Of a stretch of 64,000 nt of DNA, positions 36,577-45,788 are shown piece by piece. The stretch is from Candidatus Aldehydirespiratoraceae bacterium (GTDB lineage: Bacteria > Actinomycetota > Acidimicrobiia > Acidimicrobiales > Aldehydirespiratoraceae). The notes under the pieces were generated by a model. That model did no database searches, was not told the origin of the DNA, and was given only the letters and a program-made list of their open reading frames with translations. The first letter of the stretch is position 1; every line of letters starts with the position of its first letter. Both the position numbers and the translations under genes were made by a program. The stretch lies in NCBI GenBank assembly GCA_965198315.1, contig OZ240616.1, forward strand, positions 3,465,723 through 3,529,722, given 5' to 3'.

Positions 36577-37776
36577 ATGCCTGAAGCCGTAATCGTCGCC
36601 ACTTCCCGTACACCTATCGGTCGGGCCAACAAGGGTTCGCTCATCGACGCTCGCCCCGACGACATGTCGTCGTTCATCCTCAGTGATGTTATGAGCAAGG
36701 CTGGAGTCGAGGCTTCCGACGTCGAAGACGTGATCTGGGGGATCGGCCAACCTGGGGGCGAGGGGGGTTACAACATCGCCCGGGTCATCTCCGCCATGGG
36801 CGGCCTCGACATTCCAGGCGTCACTGTCAACCGTTACTGCTCCTCCTCACTGCAGACGATTCGCATGGCCGCGCACGCGATCAAGGCCGGTGAGGGCGAT
36901 TGTTTCGTGGCAGGCGGGGTGGAGACCGTGAGCCGCTACATGTTTGGCGCCGCGGATTCCGGCCCCCACAATGAGAAGTTCGCTGACGCCGAGGAACGCA
37001 GCGCGTCCCGCACCGGCGAGGGGTCAGCGACTTGGACCCCGCCTGAGGGGCTCCCCGACATCTACATCGCCATGGGCCAGACTGCCGAGAACGTGGTGCA
37101 GGCGACCGGGATCAGCCGTCAACGCCAGGACGAATGGGGTGTCAGTTCCCAGAACCGGGCCGAAGCCGCTCTGAACCGCGGCTTCTTTGAACGTGAGATC
37201 ACCCCGTACACGCTGCCCGACGGAACAGTTGTAGCCAAAGACGACAGTATCCGCGCCGAGACGACCATCGAGAAGGTGTCGCAGCTCAAGCCGGTGTTCC
37301 GGCCCGACGGCACAGTCACTGCGGGCAATGCCTGCCCGCTCAACGACGGCGCGGCCGCGGTGGTCGTCATGAGCGACACCAAGGCAAGGGCGATGGGCAT
37401 CGAGCCCCTTGCTCGCATCGTCTCGAGCGGCGTGTCGGCGCTGCATCCCGAAATCATGGGCCTCGGTCCGATCGACGCTTGTCGCCAGGCCTTGGGTCGT
37501 GCCCAGATGACCATCGACGACATCGACCATGTGGAGATCAACGAGGCGTTCGCCGTGCAGGTTCTAGGTTCAGCCGACGAACTCGGTATCGACCTCGACG
37601 TCCTCAATCCCAACGGTGGAGCGATTGCGCTCGGTCACCCGTTCGGGATGACCGGCAGCCGCATCATGACCACCCTGCTCAACGGCCTCGAAGACTCCGA
37701 CTCCACGATCGGCATGGAGTCGATGTGCGTCGGCGGCGGTCAGGGCATGGCCATGATCGTTGAACGACTCAACTGA
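36577..37776 (+). CDS. Acetyl-CoA C-acyltransferase (thiolase)
   Basis: NRYCSSS, NEAFA, GHPFGMTG, CVGGGQG; RBS gagga. Confidence 0.93.
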   Translation: MPEAVIVATSRTPIGRANKGSLIDARPDDMSSFILSDVMSKAGVEASDVEDVIWGIGQPGGEGGYNIARVISAMGGLDIPGVTVNRYCSSSLQTIRMAAHAIKAGEGDCFVAGGVETVSRYMFGAADSGPHNEKFADAEERSASRTGEGSATWTPPEGLPDIYIAMGQTAENVVQATGISRQRQDEWGVSSQNRAEAALNRGFFEREITPYTLPDGTVVAKDDSIRAETTIEKVSQLKPVFRPDGTVTAGNACPLNDGAAAVVVMSDTKARAMGIEPLARIVSSGVSALHPEIMGLGPIDACRQALGRAQMTIDDIDHVEINEAFAVQVLGSADELGIDLDVLNPNGGAIALGHPFGMTGSRIMTTLLNGLEDSDSTIGMESMCVGGGQGMAMIVERLN

Positions 37777-37813
37777 ACCGAACTGAACAAGCTGCGCACA
37801 GGAGGGCACAACC

Positions 37814-38887
37814 ATGTCAGAGAACGTTGCACTACCAGGAAAGCTCGGTGATCCGGCCCGGACTCTGGGAACAGATCCCCGCGCGGATTCACGCATGGTG
37901 GCCGCACTGGCACAGCTGGGGATGGCGGGTGAGCCCGAGCCGCTTCCGCTCACCGCTGATGCATCGGCTACCGAGATCTACGACTTCACCGCGGTTATCG
38001 AACCGGGTTTCGAGATGTTGTTCGACATGATCTACGCAGACCTCCCGGCTGTGCAGGGTGTGGAGTCACGTACGGAGGTCATTTCCGGGGTTGACGGCAA
38101 CGACATCAGCCTCTACATCCATCAGCCGGTTGGCGGCAGCGGCGATCCAAGGCCCTGCATTCTGCACATCCACGGCGGGGGCATGGTGATCCTCAAGGCC
38201 TCCGGAGCCTCCTACCGGCGCTGGCGCGACGAACTCGCCGCTCTTGACCTTGTGGTCGTCGGCGTGGAGTTCCGCAACGCCGGCGGCGCGCTGGGCCCCC
38301 ACCCGTTTCCGGCGGGATTGAACGACTGCACCTCGGCGCTGGAGTGGGTGCATGCCAACGCCGCTGAACTGGGAGTGTCGAAGATCGTGGTGTCCGGCGA
38401 GTCCGGAGGGGGGAACCTGACGCTGGCCACGACGCTCAGAGCCAGTCGCGAGGGGCGCCTGCACATGATCGACGGCGTCTACGCGCAGTGTCCATACATC
38501 TCCGGCGCCTACGGGAACCCGCCCATGGAGTTGACCTCGCTCCACGAGAACGACGGGTACTTTCTGGGCAGCGAGATGATGGACGTCATGGTGCGCGCCT
38601 ACGACCCGAGCGGCGAGAACCTCGCGAATCCGCTGGCCTGGCCGCTGAACGCCGAGATCGAAGACCTCGAGGGTCTGCCCCCGCACGTGATCTCTGTGAA
38701 CGAACTCGATCCCCTCCGCGACGAGGGTCTGGCCTACTTCCGCAAGCTCACGAAGGCGGGTGTGACGGCCAACAGCCGCACGGTCAACGGTACCTGCCAC
38801 GCGGGCGACGTGATCTTCCGGGGAGCGATCCCCGAGGTCTACGCGGCCTCAGCGCGCGACCTCTCAGCCTTCGCCCACAACTGTTAG
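37814..38887 (+). CDS. Alpha/beta hydrolase (HSL-family esterase)
   Basis: HGGG, GESGG, DPLRDEG, catalytic His in TCH; RBS aggagg. Confidence 0.9.
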   Translation: MSENVALPGKLGDPARTLGTDPRADSRMVAALAQLGMAGEPEPLPLTADASATEIYDFTAVIEPGFEMLFDMIYADLPAVQGVESRTEVISGVDGNDISLYIHQPVGGSGDPRPCILHIHGGGMVILKASGASYRRWRDELAALDLVVVGVEFRNAGGALGPHPFPAGLNDCTSALEWVHANAAELGVSKIVVSGESGGGNLTLATTLRASREGRLHMIDGVYAQCPYISGAYGNPPMELTSLHENDGYFLGSEMMDVMVRAYDPSGENLANPLAWPLNAEIEDLEGLPPHVISVNELDPLRDEGLAYFRKLTKAGVTANSRTVNGTCHAGDVIFRGAIPEVYAASARDLSAFAHNC

Positions 38888-38905
38888 CGCCGAGAACGCT
38901 GGGGT

Positions 38906-39502
38906 TCAGTCGGCGGGATGGTTGACCAGGTGCATGGCGGCGTTGTCGAAGTGATCGAACATGGCGTCCCGTATTTCGGCCGGTAAGGGGCGGTCCGTAC
39001 CGTCGGCGAGAGTGGCGACGCCGAGCGATGCTGTCATGTGCTTCATCCAGGCATCGCGTTCGGCTATTCCGATGACGAAGGGCATGTGGCGCATCCCCAG
39101 ACGGGGATGGCCCCGCTGCTCGCTGTAGTGCGCAGGCCCTCCCCAGTACTGCGCCAGGAAACCGGCGAGGCGCTGGCGGGACGGACCCATGTCGGCTGGA
39201 TACATCGGCCGCAGCAGCGCGTCGGTCTCCACCGCGTCGTAGAACCGGCCGACCAACTCGTCGAAGAAGCGCTGCCCGCCGACTGCTTCATAGACCGTCG
39301 GCGGGGCCTGAACGGCTTCACGCATGGCACCCTTCAGGCTCACCGTTCCCGGCGACACCCAGCGTCGCCGGCCTCGATCCCCGGAGTCCACCGATTCTGT
39401 GGAGTCGACGGTGTGCCCCGAGTCGATGTCATTGACGAATTTCTCAGAGTGATCCCCCGAATCGAACCAAGATTGTTCGGCGTTCGGCGATCCTTTGGTC
39501 AC
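38906..39502 (-). CDS. glbO: Group II truncated hemoglobin with N-terminal low-complexity extension
   Basis: YEAVGG..FFDELVGRFY, FLAQYWGGP..YSEQRGHPRLGMRH, ERDAW. Confidence 0.85.
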   Translation of the reverse strand: MTKGSPNAEQSWFDSGDHSEKFVNDIDSGHTVDSTESVDSGDRGRRRWVSPGTVSLKGAMREAVQAPPTVYEAVGGQRFFDELVGRFYDAVETDALLRPMYPADMGPSRQRLAGFLAQYWGGPAHYSEQRGHPRLGMRHMPFVIGIAERDAWMKHMTASLGVATLADGTDRPLPAEIRDAMFDHFDNAAMHLVNHPAD

Positions 39503-39739
39503 ATCCTCAGGCTAGACGCCAATTACTCTTGAGCACACTCGGACATGGCCGGTTGAGGACCGGACCAGCCGACTCAATGGATGTCAAGACAGGGAATCCA
39601 GAAGCAAACAACGACAATGCCACACCAGGGCCACCAACAAGGCAAAGGGGCACCTCACACTAGTGGTGCGTCGACTTCCTCGCTGACCACGCAGCCGGCC
39701 AACAGGACTAGCGCTGCAACGCACGCTGGTAACCTGGGG

Positions 39740-39997
39740 TCACGCACCAGTCGAGACCGGTTCGCTTGTCGCGGCCTGCTCCGCTCGCCAACGACGCTTA
39801 GCCCGAAAATGCAGCACCACCGTAACAGCCAAAACGGCGAGGCTCACCCCGAGAATCAGACGCTGTGTAAAGGGTGAAACTCTTGGAATCACCACAACGA
39901 ACGCCGCGCCCCACGCGGCGAGCTCAAGATGTTCGCGCAAAGGGCGCTTTAGGATCGGGCGCGTGTCAAAGAACTTGGGTTCACTGTCGCTAGTCAT
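39740..39997 (-). CDS. Small two-TM membrane protein (hypothetical; possible immunity partner)
   Basis: TAATG-coupled to the upstream secreted gene; two hydrophobic segments followed by a basic tail. Confidence 0.6.
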   Translation of the reverse strand: MTSDSEPKFFDTRPILKRPLREHLELAAWGAAFVVVIPRVSPFTQRLILGVSLAVLAVTVVLHFRAKRRWRAEQAATSEPVSTGA

Positions 39998-40536
39998 TAG
40001 TCATAGGGCCCCGGGATAAGATAAACAACTGTATCCTCAGTGTGGCACCGCTGCTGAATGTCTATCTCACCTGCGCCAACACCCGTTAAAGCGGCAGCCA
40101 CTCTTGCGGCCCGAGTGGTAGGGAAGTAACCGAGGGAAAAACCACCGGCCCTAACGAACCACCTGCAGACCGTTTCATTGACGTGGTAATGCGGGTTGGG
40201 CGCTGTGGGGCGTCTCCATTCCGTATGGCACACCTCTTCTTGGTCCCATCGCCAACCGTAGACGGGCCATGGCCCAACCACCCATCGAGGCTCGGGCTCG
40301 GCGTTCGGGAAGTAACGCGAAGTCTCCCAGTCAACGATCTTGTAAACATAATTCCATTCGAGGGTGCAAACACTCACTGGGATTAGAGGGACATTCAGCG
40401 TCACTGTCAGAGGGTGCGCGCTGGCTTCTTCGACCTCCAGGCTGAGAAGCGCTGGAACCCCCGCCGTTGGTGCCAGCGCCAACGACATGGCGATAACAAC
40501 CGCTGCGAGCGGAACGGCCAAAATCTTCCGAAACAT
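39997..40536 (-). CDS. Secreted hypothetical protein (Trp/Tyr/Pro-rich, 4 Cys, Gly/Ala-rich C-terminal segment)
   Basis: Strong RBS gaaggag; signal peptide with probable ASA-H cleavage site. Confidence 0.7.
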   Translation of the reverse strand: MFRKILAVPLAAVVIAMSLALAPTAGVPALLSLEVEEASAHPLTVTLNVPLIPVSVCTLEWNYVYKIVDWETSRYFPNAEPEPRWVVGPWPVYGWRWDQEEVCHTEWRRPTAPNPHYHVNETVCRWFVRAGGFSLGYFPTTRAARVAAALTGVGAGEIDIQQRCHTEDTVVYLIPGPYD

Positions 40537-40859
40537 GAATTTCTCCTTCGATTATGTGAGTAATCGGAGGTCTGGCCTTATGCCCGTGCTGAACATCTGT
40601 GTCCACACCGGGGAACACCCAGCAGCGGTCCTCGCCGTCGCGCTGAACCGCTCACGATTGTCCGACAATGCCGCTTGCCGAATGGCCGTTGCGGTGACCT
40701 GTTGCTTGGACCGACGAAGGAGGGTGACAGTCGATGGTGGAGTTTCTGACACCGAATCTAGTTCACGTCGCAAAACTGGGTGCGTCGCAACAGGTCCAGT
40801 GACGGAGACTCAGTTCTACCGGAACGCGGTGGGCGGGGATGTCGAGGATCATCCAACGA

Positions 40860-41666
40860 TCAGGGATCGAACCAGAGGCGGGCAGTGGTTCCCCCCAGGA
40901 CGGCTGCTCGGGTGGCTGCGTCGAGTCCGCTGAGCGCGTCGCCGACAAGGGTGACCAGTTCGGGGTAGGCGCGATAATGCACTTGGGGGTGGTCCGATCC
41001 CCAAACAATGCGCTCGGCACCGAACAAGTCGACCAGTCGCAATACCGCTGAGCCCGGGGACAGGGCGGCAGCGTCGAATACTCCGGTGCTCAGCTTGACG
41101 ACCAGATTCTCGTAGCCGGCTAAATCAGCGAGCGCACGATCTTCACCCCCGAGAGACACAAAACCACAGTGTTCGAGCGCTATCTCACAGTCGGGCACCG
41201 CCGCGGCAATACGGGCGACCGCCGGCAGTTCCTCGGCGAAACAGCAGACGCTCGGGCCGACGCCCGAGTCTGCGCAGTGCTGCACCAGATCCACGGCAAC
41301 ATCGCTGTCAAGCCAAGGGTCGGAGATCGAGAACAACCTCAGTCCCGAGGCCCCCTGCGCCACAGCCCCCTCCAGCAGGCTCAGCGGGTCTTCAACCGTC
41401 GAACCCACCGCGACCATGGCCCGCCAGTCGTCCCCGAGCGCCTCAGCCGCTCGCAGAACCAGCGAGTTGTCAAAACCGTGCGCGCCAACTGCCTGGACCA
41501 GCACGCCACCGGAGACACCCGCTGCGGTTACTCGGCCTGCTACCGCCTCCGGCCCACAGTCGAACTCCGTCCACCAGCGGGCGTTGGGGTTGCCCGTCAG
41601 GTCGTCCACACACGTCTCGCGGTCGACCACGTGCAGGTGTGCGTCCAGCACACGGTTCACAGTCAC
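40860..41666 (-). CDS. Amidohydrolase family protein (lactonase-like)
   Basis: LDAHLHV, VLVQ, LEHCG, VKLS, WGSDHP; start uncertain (ORF-track start at 41981 overlaps relB). Confidence 0.82.
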   Translation of the reverse strand: MTVNRVLDAHLHVVDRETCVDDLTGNPNARWWTEFDCGPEAVAGRVTAAGVSGGVLVQAVGAHGFDNSLVLRAAEALGDDWRAMVAVGSTVEDPLSLLEGAVAQGASGLRLFSISDPWLDSDVAVDLVQHCADSGVGPSVCCFAEELPAVARIAAAVPDCEIALEHCGFVSLGGEDRALADLAGYENLVVKLSTGVFDAAALSPGSAVLRLVDLFGAERIVWGSDHPQVHYRAYPELVTLVGDALSGLDAATRAAVLGGTTARLWFDP

Positions 41667-41763
41667 CAGGTCATCATCGGCATCACCCACCACCAAACCG
41701 TACCCAAGACCCTCCCGGTAGCATTCTTGGAGCGACCGGACTCGAGGGCGCGTGCTGACTGAT

Positions 41764-41806
41764 ACTCCAGATCGGGTCCGCTTGGGCCCGACAGGTCTCG
41801 CAGCCC
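41764..41806 (+). repeat. Direct repeat copy A: relic 5' end of the MFS gene
   Basis: 43 bp actccagatcgggtccgcttgggcccgacaggtctcgcagccc, identical to 42290-42332. Confidence 0.95.
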
Positions 41807-41877
41807 CGCCCGACAAACCTTCCCTTGAGTGTTCCTCATTTGTGGTACACTCTCGGGTCAACACAGGAGGGCACAGG

Positions 41878-42132
41878 ATGGCCAAAACCGAAATGATCCG
41901 AGCCCGTGTAGAGCCAGATCTGAAGGTGCAAGCCGAGCGCGTCCTTCGTGAACTCGGTTTGTCGGCCACCGACGCGATCACCCTGTTCTACAAGCAGGTA
42001 GTCCTACGCCAAGGTGTTCCTTTTGATCTCAGCATCCCCAACGCTGAAACCGTCGAAGCCCTGCGCCAGGCGCGGGAGCCCGATGAATTGACCGAGTATC
42101 CGAGCATCAACGAACTCAAAGCCGCCCTGTAG
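41878..42132 (+). CDS. dinJ: RelB/DinJ family antitoxin
   Basis: MAKTEMIRARVEPDLKVQAERVLRELGLSATDAITLFYKQV...PFDLSIPNAET; RBS aggagg; extended -10 TGgTACACT at 41843-41851. Confidence 0.9.
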   Translation: MAKTEMIRARVEPDLKVQAERVLRELGLSATDAITLFYKQVVLRQGVPFDLSIPNAETVEALRQAREPDELTEYPSINELKAAL

Positions 42133-42137
42133 CCCCG

Positions 42138-42182
42138 GTGATTCTCCGGACAACGAATCGCTTCAAGAAGGTCAGACGCTGA
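42138..42182 (+). pseudogene. Truncated YafQ/RelE toxin 5' fragment
   Basis: GTG 5 nt after the antitoxin stop: (M)ILRTTNRFKKVRR*, resembling the YafQ N-terminus (TxxFKKD). Confidence 0.55.
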
Positions 42183-42289
42183 TGCTTGCATCACATGCGA
42201 CCATGTCACCGACGGCCCGTCGGCAAGGTTGCTCGACAGACCGTTAGCATTCTCAAGGTGCCAGAACTCGCGGGTGCCTTCTGACTGAA

Positions 42290-42332
42290 ACTCCAGATCG
42301 GGTCCGCTTGGGCCCGACAGGTCTCGCAGCCC
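42290..42332 (+). repeat. Direct repeat copy B (contains TTG start of the MFS ORF)
   Basis: Identical to 41764-41806. Confidence 0.95.
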
Positions 42333-43585
42333 GTTTCATCCGCTCGGACATGGGCCGCGGGTTCATCGCGTTCAGACACAAGGCCTACCGCTGGATATAC
42401 GCCAGCTTCGTCATCCAGCAGATCGGCTTCTGGATGAGTCACCTCACGCTGCAGGGACTGATCGAGGAGCGGAGCGATGGCGACACACTGGCAATCACCG
42501 CGCTGTTCACAGCCCTCTTTGCACCTGCTTTGTTCGTGGGTCCGTTCGGAGGCGTGCTTGCCGACCGTGTCGAACGCAAACTGGTCGTAACCTGGTCCTA
42601 CTATGCCTCCGCGGCTGCCGCCGCGGGTCTAGCACTGCTCGCTGGTATCAACGGCGCTCCCCCACTGTGGTCGATCTACGCTCTTGCGTTCATTCTCGGG
42701 ACGACGTTCTCCCTACTGGGTCCCTCGGCTGGAGCCCTAGTAGTCAATTCGGTTACCAGCGAGGCTGTACAAAGCGCGATTTCAATGCAGGCTGCGGTGC
42801 AGAACCTGACTCGAGTGGTAGGGCCGATCATGGCAATCGAAGTCATCGGCTCGGGTCGCTTCCATATTGGTTTCACCGCATTCGCGGTGGCATCTGCGCT
42901 GGCTGGTCTCATGATTACCAGAGTTGTTGTCGACGCCCACGACGTTGCCACGGACGGATTGGGTGTATTCGGACGCATCCGTGACGGTTTCCACCACGCT
43001 CGTGAACGAAAACCCGCCCTGCTGGCGATCGCAACTACCGCTGTGACATCGGTCTTCGGGGTCTCCCACACGGCTCTGGTCCCGAGTTTCACTCGCGAGA
43101 TTCTTGAACAGGAACCCGGGCAGTTCGCCAAGATCATTGCTGCCACCGGTCTTGGCGCCATCGTTGGGGCGCTTACCGTCGGGTACAGCAAGGTCGAACC
43201 CAGTCTGCAGAGAGCTTCGATATCGCTGCTGGTCTACGGCATATGCCTGGTTGGATTCACCGCTTCGGAACAGCTTGAGACGGCGCTGGCCTGGCAGTTG
43301 GGGGTCGGCTTCTGCTATTTCACCACCATGACGACGCTGCAGACTCTGTTGCAGCAGGTGGTGGCTGACTCTGCCCGTGGCCGGGTCATGTCACTGTTCG
43401 TCATTTCCTGGGCCGGAGTGGTCTGGATAGGCACCCTCATTCTCGGAGCCATCGCGGACTCTGATGGGTTGAACCTCGGGGTGCGGACGACGCTGCTTCT
43501 GACCTCTGGCGTCATCATCTGCTACGGCCTGATCGTCACCATTATTTCCAAAGGGATGCCGACCGGCTCCGATTACCCCAACTGA
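42308..43585 (+). CDS. MFS transporter (MFS_3/DHA3-like)
   Basis: About 12 TM; GGVLADRVERK motif A; RGRVMSL. Confidence 0.9.
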   Translation: MGPTGLAARFIRSDMGRGFIAFRHKAYRWIYASFVIQQIGFWMSHLTLQGLIEERSDGDTLAITALFTALFAPALFVGPFGGVLADRVERKLVVTWSYYASAAAAAGLALLAGINGAPPLWSIYALAFILGTTFSLLGPSAGALVVNSVTSEAVQSAISMQAAVQNLTRVVGPIMAIEVIGSGRFHIGFTAFAVASALAGLMITRVVVDAHDVATDGLGVFGRIRDGFHHARERKPALLAIATTAVTSVFGVSHTALVPSFTREILEQEPGQFAKIIAATGLGAIVGALTVGYSKVEPSLQRASISLLVYGICLVGFTASEQLETALAWQLGVGFCYFTTMTTLQTLLQQVVADSARGRVMSLFVISWAGVVWIGTLILGAIADSDGLNLGVRTTLLLTSGVIICYGLIVTIISKGMPTGSDYPN

Positions 43586-43609
43586 GAGGCTGCGCGTAGG
43601 GTACGCCGC

Positions 43610-44818
43610 ATGGAACTCATTGATCCGCGTCCGCTCGACATCCTCGACGGTGACTTCTACGTCAATGACCCCTACCCGCGCTATGGCTGGCTCCGCGAGC
43701 ATTCCCCGCTGCACTGGGACGACATCAACGAACTGTGGGTGGCGACGCGTTATGACGACATCGTTGAGATCGAGAAGAACAAGACGGTCTTCATCAGTTC
43801 CGACAAGGTGAAGGGCGGCTCCCGGCCCAACATCCCAGGAGACAGTTCGATCATCAACCTCGACGACCCGCTTCATCAGACCCGGAGACTGCTGGTCGCC
43901 CGCCGCTTCACTCCGCGTGCCGTGCGCAACTGGGAGGACCACGTCACGGACACGGTCAACGAGTTGTTGGACGCCGCCCTGGAGAAGGGGCAGGCCGAGA
44001 TTGTGGGCGAGCTTGCGGCGCCGCTGCCTGCCATGATGATCGGTCTCTTGCTCGGTTTCCCCGACGAGCTTTGGCCCAAGCTCCAGCACTGGTCGGAGAC
44101 GACGATCGCGCTCGGTGGCGGCCCCCGCTACGCGAACGACGAAGGTTTCAAATCTGCCATGGAATTCGCTGTTGCGGCTTCGCAACTCTACGAGGACCGC
44201 AAGGGTTGCCCGGCCACCGACGTCATGTCGCGCTGGGTATCGGTGGAACAGGAGAACGACGGGGTCATCGGAGGTGCACCTTTCGGGCACGACCAGATCC
44301 TCTCGGACTGTCTGCTGGTGCTCGACGGTGGAGCGGAGACGACCCGCACCGTCATCGCCCGAACCCTGCTGGCGCTGGCCGACCACCCAGAGCAGTGGGA
44401 AGCGCTCCAAGCAGGCACCGACATGACGGTCGCCACCGAAGAGTTCATCCGCTGGGTCACCCCGATCCACAACATGTGCCGGGTGGCCGCACAGGACCAC
44501 GAGATGCACGGCCAGACCATCAAAGCAGGCCGACAGGTGTTGCTCGCCTATACCGCTGCCAACCGTGATCCAGCACAGTTCGACGATCCCGAGTCGTTCG
44601 ATGTGACGCGCACCCCGAACCACCATGTCGCCTTCGGCTTCGGAACCCACTTCTGTCTGGGAGCGTCGTTGGCCCGCCTGGAGATCCAGACCTTCTTCGA
44701 ACAGTTGGTGGCGCGGGTCTCAGAGCTCAGACGGATACCGGAACTGCCCCACGTCGAGATGCCCAACGCCTTCGTCTTCGGCCTCAAGGAGGCCCACATG
44801 GCCTTTACTCTCAAGTAG
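43610..44818 (+). CDS. Cytochrome P450 (CYP142/steroid-like)
   Basis: GGAETT, EEFIRW, HVAFGFGTHFCLGA; leaderless TAGGGT. Confidence 0.92.
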   Translation: MELIDPRPLDILDGDFYVNDPYPRYGWLREHSPLHWDDINELWVATRYDDIVEIEKNKTVFISSDKVKGGSRPNIPGDSSIINLDDPLHQTRRLLVARRFTPRAVRNWEDHVTDTVNELLDAALEKGQAEIVGELAAPLPAMMIGLLLGFPDELWPKLQHWSETTIALGGGPRYANDEGFKSAMEFAVAASQLYEDRKGCPATDVMSRWVSVEQENDGVIGGAPFGHDQILSDCLLVLDGGAETTRTVIARTLLALADHPEQWEALQAGTDMTVATEEFIRWVTPIHNMCRVAAQDHEMHGQTIKAGRQVLLAYTAANRDPAQFDDPESFDVTRTPNHHVAFGFGTHFCLGASLARLEIQTFFEQLVARVSELRRIPELPHVEMPNAFVFGLKEAHMAFTLK

Positions 44819-44882
44819 GCACGGCACCCTGAAATAGACCTCTGGCACACTGGAATAGACCTGATCTGCAACTCTGAAGTAG
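44807..44882 (+). repeat. Four stacked copies of the P450 terminal codons
   Basis: ACT CTC AAG TAG (44807), ACC CTG AAA TAG (44826), ACA CTG GAA TAG (44847), ACT CTG AAG TAG (44871). Confidence 0.8.
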
Positions 44883-44929
44883 ACCGTAAGCGGGCCGCAC
44901 AAGCACCGAGAAATTCCACTGGAGGAGCC

Positions 44930-45748
44930 ATGTCTGATTTGTTTAGCTATGCCGGAAAACGCGTTGTGTTGACCGGGGGTACCAGCGGTCTCGGAGCCGC
45001 GGCAGTTGAACTGCTCGCCGATCTTGGCTGTAGCGACCTCACCGTGCTCGATATCGCTGAGCCGACAGGACCGGCGACCCGGTACATCCCCACCGATATG
45101 TCGGATCCGTCCTCTGTCGACAAGGCTGTCGCAGACATCGGCGGGGGTGTAGACGTGTTGTTCAACAACGCCGGTGTGGCGGCAACCCACGCGCCTGACT
45201 TCGTGATTCGGGTCAACTACCTGGGTCTTCGTCGACTCACCGAGGGCCTCCTCCCCACCATGAACGAAGGCGGGGCTATCGTCAACACCGCCTCAATCGC
45301 AGGACAGGGCTGGCCACAAAACCTGGCCAAGATCTCCGAGTTGATCGCCATCGACGGATGGGACGAAGCGCTCGGCTGGCTCGCCGACAACGACGAACTC
45401 GTCAGTGCCGATTCCTACGGTTTCTCCAAACAGCTCGCCCAGGTGTGGACGATGCACAGTTCGGCCCGCACCCGCAACGAGTTCGGCGTGCGCACCAACT
45501 CGGTGTGCCCCGGACCGGTCGACACGCCGCTGATGGACGACTTCATCAAGACCATGACCGAGCAGGTCATTCAATGGACGGTCGACCAGACCGGCGGCAC
45601 TATGCTCTCGGCCAACGACATAGCGCGCACGCTGGTCATGCTCGGCAGCGACGCTTCGATTGCCATGAACGGCCACAACACCGTCGCCGACAACGGCTTC
45701 AGTGCTTTCATAACCACCGGCCAAGTCGATTTCTCTGGCCTCGGATAG
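44930..45748 (+). CDS. SDR, 3-alpha-hydroxysteroid/coniferyl-alcohol dehydrogenase-like
   Basis: TGGTSGLG, NNAGV, VNYLG, YGFSK; RBS ggagga. Confidence 0.88.
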   Translation: MSDLFSYAGKRVVLTGGTSGLGAAAVELLADLGCSDLTVLDIAEPTGPATRYIPTDMSDPSSVDKAVADIGGGVDVLFNNAGVAATHAPDFVIRVNYLGLRRLTEGLLPTMNEGGAIVNTASIAGQGWPQNLAKISELIAIDGWDEALGWLADNDELVSADSYGFSKQLAQVWTMHSSARTRNEFGVRTNSVCPGPVDTPLMDDFIKTMTEQVIQWTVDQTGGTMLSANDIARTLVMLGSDASIAMNGHNTVADNGFSAFITTGQVDFSGLG

Positions 45749-45788
45749 CCCGCACTCTTCGCCGCGACAGGCGTAGGGTTCTCCGTTA

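Noticed and set aside
40586-40655. c-di-AMP (ydaO)-like riboswitch (gctgaac...ccggggaac)
   Set aside because: Only fragments match, the 3' conserved elements are missing, and it is on the strand opposite the adjacent gene.
39585-40880. Relic of the amidohydrolase 3' end bracketing the secreted-protein cassette
   Set aside because: Similarity (cagggaatccagaagc versus cagggatcgaaccagaggc) is too weak and gapped to call.
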